Assembly (NCBI GenBank): GCA_046290465.1
Contig: JBKAGP010000001.1
Coordinates: forward strand, 1,440,001-1,504,000
Length of the DNA: 64,000 nt
Origin: Planctomycetota bacterium
Lineage (GTDB): Bacteria > Planctomycetota > UBA1135 > UBA2386
Reading direction: 5' to 3'
A program made the position numbers and the translations under genes. The notes beneath the pieces were generated by a model that was not told the origin of the DNA, did no database searches, and worked only from the letters and a program-made list of their open reading frames with translations. The number at the start of each line of letters is the position of its first letter. The stretch's first letter is position 1. Of the stretch, positions 1-10,278 are shown in pieces.

Positions 1-592
1 GATCCTGGCCGAGGTCAAGAAGGACCTCGGCGTGCCGGTGCTGACCGACGTGCACGAGGCCGGCCAGTGCGCCGCCGTCGGCGAGGTCGTCGACTGCCTG
101 CAGATCCCGGCGTTCCTGTGCCGCCAGACCGACCTGCTGCTGGCCGCCGCGGCGACCGGCCGGGTCGTCAACGTCAAGAAGGGCCAGTTCCTCGCGCCCG
201 AGGACACCGGCAACATCGTCAAGAAGGTGCGCGAGGCCGGCAACCCGAACGTGATGCTGACCGAGCGCGGCACGTCGTTCGGCTACCGCACGCTGGTGGT
301 CGACTTCGCCGGCTTCCCGACGATGCGGTCGTTCGGCCAGCCGCTGGTGTTCGACGCCACCCACTCGGTGCAACGCCCCGGTGGCGCCGGCACCTCGACG
401 GGCGGCGACCGCACCAAGGTACCGTTCCTGGCGCGCGCGGCGGTTGCCTGCGGCGTCGACGGACTATTCATGGAAGTGCACGAGGATCCCGACAACGCGC
501 CGAGCGACGGCCCGAACATGCTGCGTCTCGACACGCTGGCGCCGCTGCTCGCAGCGCTGCAGCGCGTGCAGGAGGCCGTGCGCGCGACGTGA
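1..592 (+). CDS. kdsA: KDO8P synthase (3-deoxy-8-phosphooctulonate synthase), 5'-truncated by window edge
   Basis: Motifs [55 protein letters not shown]. Confidence 0.96.
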   Translation, partial: ILAEVKKDLGVPVLTDVHEAGQCAAVGEVVDCLQIPAFLCRQTDLLLAAAATGRVVNVKKGQFLAPEDTGNIVKKVREAGNPNVMLTERGTSFGYRTLVVDFAGFPTMRSFGQPLVFDATHSVQRPGGAGTSTGGDRTKVPFLARAAVACGVDGLFMEVHEDPDNAPSDGPNMLRLDTLAPLLAALQRVQEAVRAT

Positions 593-2502
593 GCGCCGAC
601 GATCCGCAACGCGAGGACCTGCAGCCGGGCCGGCACGACTTCGGCCAGGCACGCGACTTCTACACGTTCGCGCCCGAGACGCTGGCACAGGACCTGCCGG
701 CGTTCGAGCTGGTGCGCGAGGTCGGCAAGGGCTCGATGGGCATCGTGTTCGAAGCGCGCCGTCGCGACGGCGGCGAGACCGTCGCACTCAAGGTGCTGCC
801 GCCGAGCCTGACGCTGACCGAACGGGCGCTGGCGCGCTTCCTCCGCGAGGGCCGGATCATGGCGCGCGTGCGCCACCCGGACATCGTCGGCTTCCTCGAC
901 CAGGGCCACAGCGGCCGCCTGTACTGGTTCGCGATGGAGTTCGTCGACGGCGTGACGCTCGAGCAGCGTCTGCAGGTCGGCCCGCTGCCGGTGCAGAAGG
1001 CCTGCCAGATCGCCGCCCGCGTCGGCCGCGCGCTGCAGTACGCGCACGACCACGGCGTCGTGCATCGCGACATCAAGCCCGGCAACATCATGCTGCGCGA
1101 CGGCGACATGGACGGCATGGACGTCGCCATCACCGACTTCGGCCTCGCCCGCGAGACCGGCACCGGTTCGATGACGGAGAGCGGCGCGATCGTCGGCACG
1201 CCGATGTACATGGCGCCCGAGGTCGTGCTCGGCGGCACCCAGGCGGCCAGCACGCTGGCCGACGTCTACGCGCTCGGCGCGACCCTCTACGCGCTGGTCA
1301 CCGGCCGGCCGCCGTTCGACGAGCCGACCGCGCAGGGCGTGCTGAAGGCCGTGACCGAACGCGCCCCGCCACCGCCGCGCCGGCTGCGCCGCGACCTGCC
1401 GGAAGCGGTCGAGGCGATCCTCGAGAAGGCGATGTCGCGCGATCCGGCGCTGCGCTACGGCTCGGCGCTCGAACTCGCCGAGGACCTCGAACGGTTCCTC
1501 GCCGGCGAGCGCGTGCTGGCGCGCCGCGCCGGCCTCGCCCGGCGCGCGATCCGCTGGTGCAGCCAGCGCCCGCTGATCACCGTGCTGGCCGCGGCGGTGC
1601 TGATCCTCGGCACCGGCTCGGCGTGGCTCGCCCACGAACGGCACCTCGGCGAGATCCAGCGCGAACTCGCCGACGCCGAGCGCCTGCTGGCGCTGGCCTC
1701 GACGACGCGCGACGAGCAGGACCGGCCGCGCACCGACCAGCAGCGCCGCGACCTGCTGCAGGCCGCGGTGGCCGCCGCCTCACAGACGATCGCGCGCGAC
1801 GCCAGCGTGGCGCTGGCGTGGTTCGTGCGTGCCCGCGCCCACCATCGGCTGCGACAGTACGAACAGGCCGTTCGCGACCTCGACACCGCCGAACGGCTGC
1901 GCGGCGCGGCGTCGCCGGAGCTGCTGCACTACCGCATCGACGCGCTGCGCCAGCAGGGCGATCCGGCGTCGCTGCGGCGCATGCAGGCCGACCTGACCAG
2001 CCTGCTCGAGCTCGACCCGAGCCCGCAGACGCGCGCGCTGGTCGCCGAACTGCTGCTCGGATTCGCAGCGCAGGCCGACACCCGCGAACGGCTGGCCGCG
2101 CTCGGCCAGGTCGAGGAGATCCTGCTGCCGGTCGGCGACGACTTCGCCCGCGCCGCGGTCGCCCGCGCCCGCCGGCTCGAGCTCGAGGGCGCGACCAACG
2201 CCGCGCTCGAGTCGATGCGCACGGCGCTCGAACGCCACGCCGGCGACCTCTACGTGCACCTGCAGGCGGCGGCGATGTTCGACCGCCACGACCTGCAGGA
2301 GGAGAGCGCGCGCGAGCACGCGCTGCTGCGCCGCATGCAGCCTGCCGGTGCGTCAGAGCCGGCGACGTCGCCGGTCGACCTGCGCGACGTCAACAGCTTC
2401 ATGGGCGAGGTCGAGCGGGTGCTGCAGGCGCTCGACGGCGCCGCTCCGGCCGGCAAGCGCAAGGACGAAGGCAGCGGCGACGGCGTCAAGCGGGACGACT
2501 AG
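589..2502 (+). CDS. Hanks-type Ser/Thr protein kinase with TM helix and TPR-like C-terminus
   Basis: [42 protein letters not shown] start overlaps kdsA stop (GTGA). Confidence 0.92.
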   Translation: MSADDPQREDLQPGRHDFGQARDFYTFAPETLAQDLPAFELVREVGKGSMGIVFEARRRDGGETVALKVLPPSLTLTERALARFLREGRIMARVRHPDIVGFLDQGHSGRLYWFAMEFVDGVTLEQRLQVGPLPVQKACQIAARVGRALQYAHDHGVVHRDIKPGNIMLRDGDMDGMDVAITDFGLARETGTGSMTESGAIVGTPMYMAPEVVLGGTQAASTLADVYALGATLYALVTGRPPFDEPTAQGVLKAVTERAPPPPRRLRRDLPEAVEAILEKAMSRDPALRYGSALELAEDLERFLAGERVLARRAGLARRAIRWCSQRPLITVLAAAVLILGTGSAWLAHERHLGEIQRELADAERLLALASTTRDEQDRPRTDQQRRDLLQAAVAAASQTIARDASVALAWFVRARAHHRLRQYEQAVRDLDTAERLRGAASPELLHYRIDALRQQGDPASLRRMQADLTSLLELDPSPQTRALVAELLLGFAAQADTRERLAALGQVEEILLPVGDDFARAAVARARRLELEGATNAALESMRTALERHAGDLYVHLQAAAMFDRHDLQEESAREHALLRRMQPAGASEPATSPVDLRDVNSFMGEVERVLQALDGAAPAGKRKDEGSGDGVKRDD

Positions 2503-2619
2503 TCCGCACGGCGGGGCGCCGGCTGGAAGCCTCTCCGACCCACCGCATTGCGACCATTCTTCACAATCGATTGGTTGACGTTGCGCCGAGGTCGGGCACG
2601 CTGCATCCACTCGCCACCG

Positions 2620-2814
2620 ATGCCCGACACCACGCCTGACCTCCTGCTGCTCTTCGGCGCCGGCCTGATCCTGGTCGTGCTCGCGTCCCTCGGACGCGGA
2701 ACGCCCCGGGCAACCCGCCGACGCCCTCAGCCGCGAAACAGCGCTGCCGAGGCGAACTCGCCGCCCAGCACCGGCCGGGCCTCGATGCCGACCCAGGCCA
2801 ACATGTCGGCGTAG
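2620..2814 (+). CDS. Possible small membrane protein
   Basis: ATG followed by hydrophobic LLLLFGAGLILVVLASL and a basic tail; 3' half overlaps the opposite-strand DUF1501 remnant. Confidence 0.3.
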   Translation: MPDTTPDLLLLFGAGLILVVLASLGRGTPRATRRRPQPRNSAAEANSPPSTGRASMPTQANMSA

Positions 2815-3030
2815 AGCCTGCGGAAGTCCATCGTGGCGACGACGTCCCCGTCGTCGAGCCGGCCGAGGTCCGGAGCCTCGCCGAGCACGCCGCCGCGCGT
2901 GCCGCCGCCGATCACGAACGCCGGTCCGGCCGCGCCGTGGTCGGTTCCCTGGCTGGCGTTCTCGGCCACCCGCCGGCCGAACTCACTGTGCACCAGCGTG
3001 CACACCTGCTCGAGCCTGCCGTGCGCGCGG
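2727..3030 (-). pseudogene. C-terminal remnant of a DUF1501-family protein
   Basis: SEFGRRVAENASQGTDHG...DFRRLYA motif; only about 100 codons remain and the upstream frame lacks coding character. Confidence 0.75.
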
Positions 3031-3146
3031 GATCTGTCCCGATTCGGGCCCCCATCCGACGTTCGGCCCGGCGCAGACCTGTTGCCCGGGCCGTCTGGGT
3101 TACTATCTTCCCGGGAGCGCCCTCCCGCGCGTTCGCCGACCCCGCC

Positions 3147-4262
3147 ATGAACCACCGCAACCTGTCGATCCTGATCGGGACCGCCTGCCTCGGAATCGCC
3201 GCTGGCATCGTGTTCTTCAGCCAGGACACGCTGGCGACGTCGCTCGAGGAGCAGCCGGACTACCTGCAGGCGCCCGAGGTGGTCGAACCGGTCGCCAAGA
3301 CCACGGACCTCGGCCCGGTGGCCCCTGCCGACGGCGGCTACCGGTTCTCCGACGGCGCGCGCGCCGAGCCGGCGCCGGTCCGCCAGGACACCGAGGGCTG
3401 GACCTCCGGCGTCATCCGCGGCGACGTCGTGCTGGCCGTCTCGGCGCTCGAACAGCTCGGCTCGATGACGGTGATCGTCGAAGAACTACGCAGCGGCTTC
3501 GACCGCAACGGCGCGCAGCCGAAGCGCATCATGCAGGCGGTCGAACGCGGCCGCGGCACGCCGACCTTCGAGGTCCGCGACGTGCCGTTCTCGGAGCATC
3601 CGTACCGCGTCACGCTGCACGCACCCGGCCTCAACGCCAGCGCGCGCACGCTGACGGTCAACGAGCAGAACCCGCTGCACGACGTGCGCATCGCGATCAC
3701 GCCCGGCGCCCCGTACTCGATCCTGCTGCGCGACCAGGACGGCGGCCCGCACCGCGACATCGACGTGCTGCTGCGACCGCAGGGCCTGCCGCACGGCCGG
3801 CCGCGCCTGGCCGGCAAGACCGACAACTTTGGCAGCGTGGTGTTCGAGAGCGTGCTGTCGGGCCAGTACGAACTGGTCGCGAGCCTCGAGGGCCAGACCT
3901 TCGGCGAGCCCGAGATCGTCACCGTGGCCGAGGGCCAGCGGCTGGTGCACGGCAAGATCCGCGGCCAGGGCCACGTGATGACCATCGCCCGCGGCGTGCA
4001 GCTCGACATCGAGGTCGGCGACGGCGCCTACGGCATCGAGGGCGCTGCGGTGACGCTGGTGCGCACCGACCGCCGTCGGCTGAAGGAGTTCGAGGGCACC
4101 ACCGACGGCCTCGGCCGCGTGCGCTTCCCGCACCTGCAGCCCGGCCAGTGGCAGCTGACGATCGAGCGCGACCACTTCCATCGCGTCGACCGCCAGTTCA
4201 CGCTGCGCCCCGACATGGAGCCGCAGCTGAAGCGCATCAAGATGGCGCGCACCGGCTACTGA
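3147..4262 (+). CDS. Membrane-anchored protein with carboxypeptidase-regulatory-like (Ig/transthyretin-like) repeats
   Basis: N-terminal TM; repeated TDxxGxxxFxxLxxGxY/W motifs. Confidence 0.75.
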   Translation: MNHRNLSILIGTACLGIAAGIVFFSQDTLATSLEEQPDYLQAPEVVEPVAKTTDLGPVAPADGGYRFSDGARAEPAPVRQDTEGWTSGVIRGDVVLAVSALEQLGSMTVIVEELRSGFDRNGAQPKRIMQAVERGRGTPTFEVRDVPFSEHPYRVTLHAPGLNASARTLTVNEQNPLHDVRIAITPGAPYSILLRDQDGGPHRDIDVLLRPQGLPHGRPRLAGKTDNFGSVVFESVLSGQYELVASLEGQTFGEPEIVTVAEGQRLVHGKIRGQGHVMTIARGVQLDIEVGDGAYGIEGAAVTLVRTDRRRLKEFEGTTDGLGRVRFPHLQPGQWQLTIERDHFHRVDRQFTLRPDMEPQLKRIKMARTGY

Positions 4263-4346
4263 CGGCTACGAACACGCCCCCAGAGGCCGATTGTCGGCGT
4301 TTCGCGCCGGACATCGTCCAGGCGCTGCGGTAACGTGCTCGCCCGT

Positions 4347-4826
4347 ATGGGCCAACCGATCGTCGACCTGGACAGCCTGGACCTCACCCAGCACGTCGTC
4401 CCCGAGGAAGAACTGCGCCGCGCGCTGCCGCAGCGCGACACGTTCCAGCTGCTGGACGGCATCGTGCACCTGGACCGCGAGAACAACGTCGCGGTCGGCT
4501 ACAAGGACTGGGACGACAAGCCCTGGTGGGCTGAGGCGCACGTGCCGGGTCGGCCGCTGTTCCCCGGCGTGCTGATGATCGAGGGCGGCGCGCAGATCGC
4601 GACGTTCCTGGTCAAGCAGCAGCGGGAGTGGGCCTCGGACCAGATGATCGGCCTCGCCGGCATCGACGGCGTGCGGGTGCGCGGCCAGGTCACGCCGCCC
4701 GCACGGGTCTACTTCGTCAGCAGCATCGAGAAGATCAGCGGCCGCCGCCTCGCCCGCATGAACGCCCAGGTGTTCTGCAACGGCTCGATGGTGATGGAGA
4801 TGGTCGTCATGGGCGCGATGCTCTAG
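4347..4826 (+). CDS. fabZ: 3-hydroxyacyl-ACP dehydratase, FabZ/FabA hot-dog family
   Basis: LPQRDTFQLLD; AHVPGRPLFPGVLMIEGGAQ (catalytic His/Glu). Confidence 0.8.
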   Translation: MGQPIVDLDSLDLTQHVVPEEELRRALPQRDTFQLLDGIVHLDRENNVAVGYKDWDDKPWWAEAHVPGRPLFPGVLMIEGGAQIATFLVKQQREWASDQMIGLAGIDGVRVRGQVTPPARVYFVSSIEKISGRRLARMNAQVFCNGSMVMEMVVMGAML

Positions 4827-4883
4827 GCACCGGCCCCCACCCCGCCACCGCAACGACGCCGCAACGACGCCGCCGGGGTAACC

Positions 4884-6830
4884 TTGCAGGACGTGACCTC
4901 GACGCCGTGGTGGTTCTGGTTGTTGCCGGTGCTCGGCGCCGCGATGTGGTGGCCGATCGGCCCCTACTTCGCCAGCGACGACTTCCTGGCGGTCGCCTAC
5001 GCCAGCGAGTTCCACCGCGTCGCGCACGACTTCGTCGGGCCGCAGTACGCGGCGACCGACGTGTGGTCGTTCTACCGGCCGCTGATCACGTTCAGCTTCT
5101 GGCTCGACCACGCGATCGGCGGCGCCTTCCCACCGGTCGGCCACATCAGCAACGTGCTGGGCCACGGACTCAGCGCGCTGCTGGTCGCACGGATCTGGCG
5201 GCGGTTCCTGCCCGATGCACAGGCCTTCGGCGCCGGCGTGCTGTGGGCGATGATGGCGAGCCACGTCGGCTCGATCGCCTGGGTCGTCGGCCGCGTCGAC
5301 AGCCACACCACGGTCTGGTGCCTGCTGGCGGTGTGGCTGTGCCTGCGCAGCGTCGAACGCGGCGGTGCGCGGTGGCCGATGGTGCTGGCGACGGCTGCAG
5401 CGCTGCTGAGCAAGGAGCTGGCGCTGATGGTGCCGCCGCTGTGCTCGTGGCTGGCGTTCCTGCGCGCGCCGGGCGGCTTCCGCGCGCGCCTCCTGGTGGC
5501 CTGGCGGAGCAGCTGGCCGGCGTGGCTGCTGCTGGCGATCTACCTGCCGTTCCGCGTGCTCGTGCTCGGCCGATTCGGCGGCTACGACGCCAGCCGCTTC
5601 GACGCCGAGCGGATCGTGCTCGGCACCGGCAGCATCGTGCTCGACCTGCTGGTGCCGCTGCGCTGGATCGGCCGGCCGACCGGCGACTCGCTGCTGCCGA
5701 TGGCGACGTTCCTGGTGACCGCGGCGGTCCCGGTCGCGATCGCGCTGCTGGTCGCGATCGTGCGGCGGCCCCGCCACGTCGCCGGCGCGCTGGTCGCCTG
5801 GCTGGTGGCGCTGACGCCGATGGCGGCGTTCCTGAGCGTCTGCGACAACCCGCACAACCTTCGCTACCAGTACCTGCCGTCGATCGCGATCGCCGGCGTG
5901 CTCGCCGCCGGCCACCGCTGGATCGTTCCGGCGGTGGCGCTGGCGTGGCTGTGGCCGATGGTCGCGGTGCGCGTCGAGCAGCACGCCGCCGACCGCGAGT
6001 CGGCGCGGATGCACGCGGCGATGCTGCGCGAGGCGCCCGAGGTGCCGGCGGGACCGATGTTCGTCGCCGGGCTGCCGCACGCAAACGCGTCCGGCACCGC
6101 GGTGCAGCTGCACTTCGGCGTCGACCGCATGCTGCGCGCGCCGTTCTGCGAACGGGACGTGCCGCTGTATGCGTGGCGGCCGCTGCGGCCGCAGGCGGAC
6201 TCGATCACGCTGCAAGGCACCGACGGCATGCCGTTCGCGTTGCCCGAGGGCAGCACCTGGTGGTTCGCCGACGCGTCCGCGCTGGGCCGCGCGCCGGCGC
6301 CCGCGCCGCTGCCGGTGCTGGTCGTCGCAGGCGACCGGGACGGCGTGCTCGAGATCTCGTCGGCCGAACTCGACACGTGGCTCGGCCGCTACGAGCAGAT
6401 GATCGCCGCGCGCGAACCGTCGTTCGGATTGACCTTCCCCGGCGTCGCCGCGATGGGCTTCCGGGTGACGATCTTCACCGCCAACGGCTACCTGAGCTGC
6501 TGGTGCCCCAACCACGCCCTGCCCGGCAGCACCGACGCGCGGCTCGACATCGTGCGCATGCTCGGCGGCGACCGGCACAACCCGGTCTGGCCGCAGCCGG
6601 CGCTGGTCGTGCAGCGGTTCGACCCGAACGGCCCGTTCGTCGGCGACATGCTGCCGGTGCCGACCACGATCGACCTCGACCCGAGCTTTCCGGTGCTGAT
6701 CGAGGCCGGCAGCTTCCAGCCGGCCAAGGGAACGTTCACCCCGACCCACCGCGCCCGCCGTCTGGTCCGCTTCCGATTCGACCGCAACTACCCCGACTGG
6801 GTTCGTCGCGCACAGGGACAGCAGCGCTAG
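4884..6830 (+). CDS. Polytopic membrane protein, GT-C-like glycosyltransferase
   Basis: SDDF near N-terminus, FYRPL, ALLSKE, RYQYLP; many TM helices. Confidence 0.7.
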   Translation: MQDVTSTPWWFWLLPVLGAAMWWPIGPYFASDDFLAVAYASEFHRVAHDFVGPQYAATDVWSFYRPLITFSFWLDHAIGGAFPPVGHISNVLGHGLSALLVARIWRRFLPDAQAFGAGVLWAMMASHVGSIAWVVGRVDSHTTVWCLLAVWLCLRSVERGGARWPMVLATAAALLSKELALMVPPLCSWLAFLRAPGGFRARLLVAWRSSWPAWLLLAIYLPFRVLVLGRFGGYDASRFDAERIVLGTGSIVLDLLVPLRWIGRPTGDSLLPMATFLVTAAVPVAIALLVAIVRRPRHVAGALVAWLVALTPMAAFLSVCDNPHNLRYQYLPSIAIAGVLAAGHRWIVPAVALAWLWPMVAVRVEQHAADRESARMHAAMLREAPEVPAGPMFVAGLPHANASGTAVQLHFGVDRMLRAPFCERDVPLYAWRPLRPQADSITLQGTDGMPFALPEGSTWWFADASALGRAPAPAPLPVLVVAGDRDGVLEISSAELDTWLGRYEQMIAAREPSFGLTFPGVAAMGFRVTIFTANGYLSCWCPNHALPGSTDARLDIVRMLGGDRHNPVWPQPALVVQRFDPNGPFVGDMLPVPTTIDLDPSFPVLIEAGSFQPAKGTFTPTHRARRLVRFRFDRNYPDWVRRAQGQQR

Positions 6831-6919
6831 CGCCGGTGCCACCGGGGAATCCGGCCGAGGGTGGCCGAGCAGCCCACCGAAATCCGCTGCGCGCGCAGTA
6901 GGCTTCTTCGCCGGAAATC

Positions 6920-8575
6920 ATGGCCGAGAAGAACGAGATCCCTGCGACGACCGAAGCGAGCCCCGCGCCGAGCCGCGCCTGGCTGCTGTTCGGCCTGGTC
7001 GCCGCCGCGGCGCTGCTGCGGCTGCCGCTGCTCGGCCGGCCGATCTGGTTCGACGAAGCCTGCATGTCCGACCAGCGCATCGGCACCACCGCGCAGTGGT
7101 TGGCGACGCTCTACGTCGACATCCACCCGCCGCTGTTCGTGACGTTCATGCACTTCTGGAACGGCCTGTTCGGCGACGGCGAGGTCTCGATGCGGATCCC
7201 GGCGCTGGTCTCCGGTCTCGCGTGCATCCCGCTGACCTGGTGGACCGGCCATCGGCTGGTCGGCGACCGGGCGGCGCTGTTCGCCGCAGTGCTGCTGGCG
7301 CTGTCGCCGGTGCACGTCTGGTACTGCGCCGAAGCGCGCCTCTACGCGCCGATGATGACCTGTGTGCTGTTCGCGTTCGGCTGCGTCGACCGGCTGACCG
7401 CCGCCGACGGCGCGCGCCGCCCTGGCCTGTTCTGGCTGCACACGGCCAACGTCGCGGTGATGCTGGCCCTGCACTACTACCTCGCGGTCGTGGTCGTCGC
7501 GCTGGCGCTGCTGGCACCGATCCTGACGCGCCGCATCGGCGGACGCGCGCGCAGCATCCTGCTGGTGCACGGCATCGGCACGATGCTGCTCGGCGTGTTC
7601 GTGTTCGCCAAGCTGCAGCTCGGCCAGTTCGAGACCAGCCAGGACTACCTGCGCGCGCTCGACGCGGACGAACTGTTCGACTTCCTGTTCGTCTGGACGT
7701 GGACCGGCAACACCATGCAGGCGTCGGGCAGCAGCCTGCTGCGCGGCCTCGGCATCGGCTTCCAGTGGCTCGGCGTGGCGCTGGTCGTGCTCGGCACGAT
7801 CCAGGTGCTGACTAGGCTCCGCTCGCGGCCACGCGCGCTGCTGGTGCCGTTCGGCGTGCTGCTGCTGCCGGGCTTCCTGATCGCCTGCGTGCTGGTCGGC
7901 TACGATAGTACCTACATCTCGCGAACGCTGATCGCCGCGGTGCCGTTCGTGCTGCTGCTGGCCTCCGCCGGCCTGCAGGCGTGGCCCGAACGGTGGCGGC
8001 CGCTCGGTAGTGGCCTGACGCTGCTGCTCGCCGCGACCGCGCTCGGCACCCTCTACGCGACGTTCGACACCCGGTGGACGCTCTACAAGCCGCACCCCGA
8101 CTGGCGCTGTGCGGCCGCCTACCTCGGCTCGGAGATCGACGCCGGCAACGGCGACGCGCCGGTGTTCACGTCGATGCCGAACCCGCGTTCGTTGAGCTAC
8201 TACGACGTGCGCATCCAGGACCGCAAGAACCTCGAGGTGCGGCTGTCGCCCGACGAGATCGCGCGCAAGGTCGAGCAGCGGCTCGGCACGTCGATCGGCC
8301 AGCTCGCCCGCGAGCTGTTCACCGAGTTCGCCGAGCACAACCGCGCGCTGCTCGCCGGCGCCCGGCTGGTGGTGCACCCGAGCCGGCCGACCCCGGAGCA
8401 GCTGGCGCTGCCCGAGGGCTTCGACGGCGCGTTCTACCTGGTCCGCAACGAGTGGCACCCGCACCGCAGCGTCGACGACTCGGTCGAACGGCTGCTCGCG
8501 CATCCGAACATCCAGGTCCTGCACGCCGAACGTTGCACCGGCGTCACCGTCTACAAGGTCCGACGAAAGCAGTGA
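6920..8575 (+). CDS. GT39/PMT-like (GT-C) membrane glycosyltransferase
   Basis: IWFDEA, HPPLF, EARLYA motifs; multiple TMs. Confidence 0.85.
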   Translation: MAEKNEIPATTEASPAPSRAWLLFGLVAAAALLRLPLLGRPIWFDEACMSDQRIGTTAQWLATLYVDIHPPLFVTFMHFWNGLFGDGEVSMRIPALVSGLACIPLTWWTGHRLVGDRAALFAAVLLALSPVHVWYCAEARLYAPMMTCVLFAFGCVDRLTAADGARRPGLFWLHTANVAVMLALHYYLAVVVVALALLAPILTRRIGGRARSILLVHGIGTMLLGVFVFAKLQLGQFETSQDYLRALDADELFDFLFVWTWTGNTMQASGSSLLRGLGIGFQWLGVALVVLGTIQVLTRLRSRPRALLVPFGVLLLPGFLIACVLVGYDSTYISRTLIAAVPFVLLLASAGLQAWPERWRPLGSGLTLLLAATALGTLYATFDTRWTLYKPHPDWRCAAAYLGSEIDAGNGDAPVFTSMPNPRSLSYYDVRIQDRKNLEVRLSPDEIARKVEQRLGTSIGQLARELFTEFAEHNRALLAGARLVVHPSRPTPEQLALPEGFDGAFYLVRNEWHPHRSVDDSVERLLAHPNIQVLHAERCTGVTVYKVRRKQ

Positions 8576-9375
8576 GCACGTCCAGCAACCAACCGACCGG
8601 GCGCCAGCAGCGCGGCAACGGCTCCTCCGAGACGGTTCCCGAGATCAGCGTCGTGATCGCCTGCTACATGGAGGAGGGCCACCTGGTCGACTCGATCGAG
8701 CAGCTGACCGCGACGCTCGAAGAGATCGGCAAGCCCTACGAACTGATCTTTCTCGAGGACCAGAGCCGAGACCGCACCGCCGAGATCATCCGCGAGCTGT
8801 GCGACGGCCACCCGCATCGCCGCGCCGTCTACCACCAGCAGAACGTCGGCCGCGGCGGCACGGTGACGGAGGGGTTCCTGCTCGCCAGGGGCCGCATCGT
8901 CGGCTTCCTCGACATCGACCTCGAGGTGCACTGCCGCTTCCTGCCGGCGGTGCTGCAGGCGATCGAGCAAGGCGCCGACGGCGCCACCGCCTACCGCCAC
9001 TACGCGGTCGGCTGGCGGCCGACCGCGATCGTGCGCCACATCCTCAGCCAGGGCTATCGCTGGCTGTTCCGCGCGATCTTCGACGTGCCGTTCAAGGACC
9101 CCGAGACCGGCTTCAAGTTCTTCGTGCGCGAACGCATCACCGAGGTCGCGCGCCAGACCAAGGACCAGGGCTGGTTCTGGGACTCGGAGATCATGATCCT
9201 CGCGCACCAGGCCGGCCTGAAGATCACCGAGGTCCCGACGCGCTTCGAACGCCGCGCCGACAAGGCCTCGACGGTGCGCATCTTCCGCGACGTCTGGGCC
9301 TACCTGGTCGCCATCCGCAAGTTCCGCCGCCGCCAGCGCGCCGAGAAGCGGGCGCTGGCGCAGGCTCGTTCCTGA
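8572..9375 (+). CDS. GT2 polyprenol-phosphate glycosyltransferase (Dpm1/GtrB-like)
   Basis: ISVVIACYME, EDQSRDRT, NVGRGG, FLDIDL (DxD), DPETGFK; GTGA overlap with upstream gene. Confidence 0.9.
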   Translation: MSTSSNQPTGRQQRGNGSSETVPEISVVIACYMEEGHLVDSIEQLTATLEEIGKPYELIFLEDQSRDRTAEIIRELCDGHPHRRAVYHQQNVGRGGTVTEGFLLARGRIVGFLDIDLEVHCRFLPAVLQAIEQGADGATAYRHYAVGWRPTAIVRHILSQGYRWLFRAIFDVPFKDPETGFKFFVRERITEVARQTKDQGWFWDSEIMILAHQAGLKITEVPTRFERRADKASTVRIFRDVWAYLVAIRKFRRRQRAEKRALAQARS

Positions 9376-9389
9376 ACGCCGCGCGGGGC

Positions 9390-10220
9390 TCAGTTTTCGT
9401 GGTGCGGGCTGTCGAGGCGCGGGCCTTCGATGCCGGGCGTCAGGATCTCCTCGACGTCGAGCACCGCGCAGTGGCAGCCGACGTCGAGCAGCCTCGCAAG
9501 CGACGGGCTGGTGCGCTGTTCGTCGCCGGAGATCCACTCCTTGACGTAGGTGCCGTGCTGGCAGACGACGCGCAGCTCGAGGGTCTGCTCGTCGCGGACG
9601 TCGAGTGCGAGCACGCGCAGGCGGCGCTCGCGCTCGAGGTCGGCACGGCGATGCGCGACGCGCTGCGGTGTGCGCTGCACGATGCCGCCAGCGAACGCAC
9701 GCACCGCGGCCAACCGTTCGTCGCTCGGCATCGACTGGATCGCGACATCGGCGCGGTAGACCTTGTCGAAGTGCGTCTCCTTCCAGTAGACGACGCGCTT
9801 GCGCTCGACGCGCTCGAACGGGGCCAGCTCGATCGCGCCCTCGGCGCGCTGTTCGATGTCGCGGCGCAGCTCTTCGAGGTCGAGGTTGGGGTTGCGCGCG
9901 CCGACCACCTCGAACACGAACGGTCGGCCCTGGCCGAGCATCAGCACGTCGATGTCCTCGCGGCCAGCACCGTGGAACTTGCCGAGTTTGGCCTGCATCT
10001 GCGGCACCATGCGGCGGCCGATCAGCTCCTGGACCGAATCCTTGGTCAGCTTGCCGAAGCCCTCGCAATGCTGGCAGCCGCGGCGGCGCCGGCGGTCGCC
10101 CTTGCACTTGGGGCAGTAGAAGATCGTCTGCGGCAGCCCCCGCCTGAGCTTGCGGTAGCGGCTCTCGAGGTAGAGGTTGCTGCGCGGACGCGGCTTGTCA
10201 TCCGGGACGGACTGGGACAT
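9390..10220 (-). CDS. pus10: tRNA pseudouridine synthase, Pus10 family (catalytic domain only)
   Basis: YRKLRRGLPQT, CxxC...CxxC insert, DSVQELI, FHGAGREDIDVLMLGQGRPF, QRTPQRVAHRR, GTYVKEWISGDEQRTSPSL. Confidence 0.9.
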   Translation of the reverse strand: MSQSVPDDKPRPRSNLYLESRYRKLRRGLPQTIFYCPKCKGDRRRRRGCQHCEGFGKLTKDSVQELIGRRMVPQMQAKLGKFHGAGREDIDVLMLGQGRPFVFEVVGARNPNLDLEELRRDIEQRAEGAIELAPFERVERKRVVYWKETHFDKVYRADVAIQSMPSDERLAAVRAFAGGIVQRTPQRVAHRRADLERERRLRVLALDVRDEQTLELRVVCQHGTYVKEWISGDEQRTSPSLARLLDVGCHCAVLDVEEILTPGIEGPRLDSPHHEN

Positions 10221-10278
10221 TCCGCAGAAGCAGACCCGACGCGGGCGCGCCGGGCAAGCTCACGCTGCGCCGGCCTGC

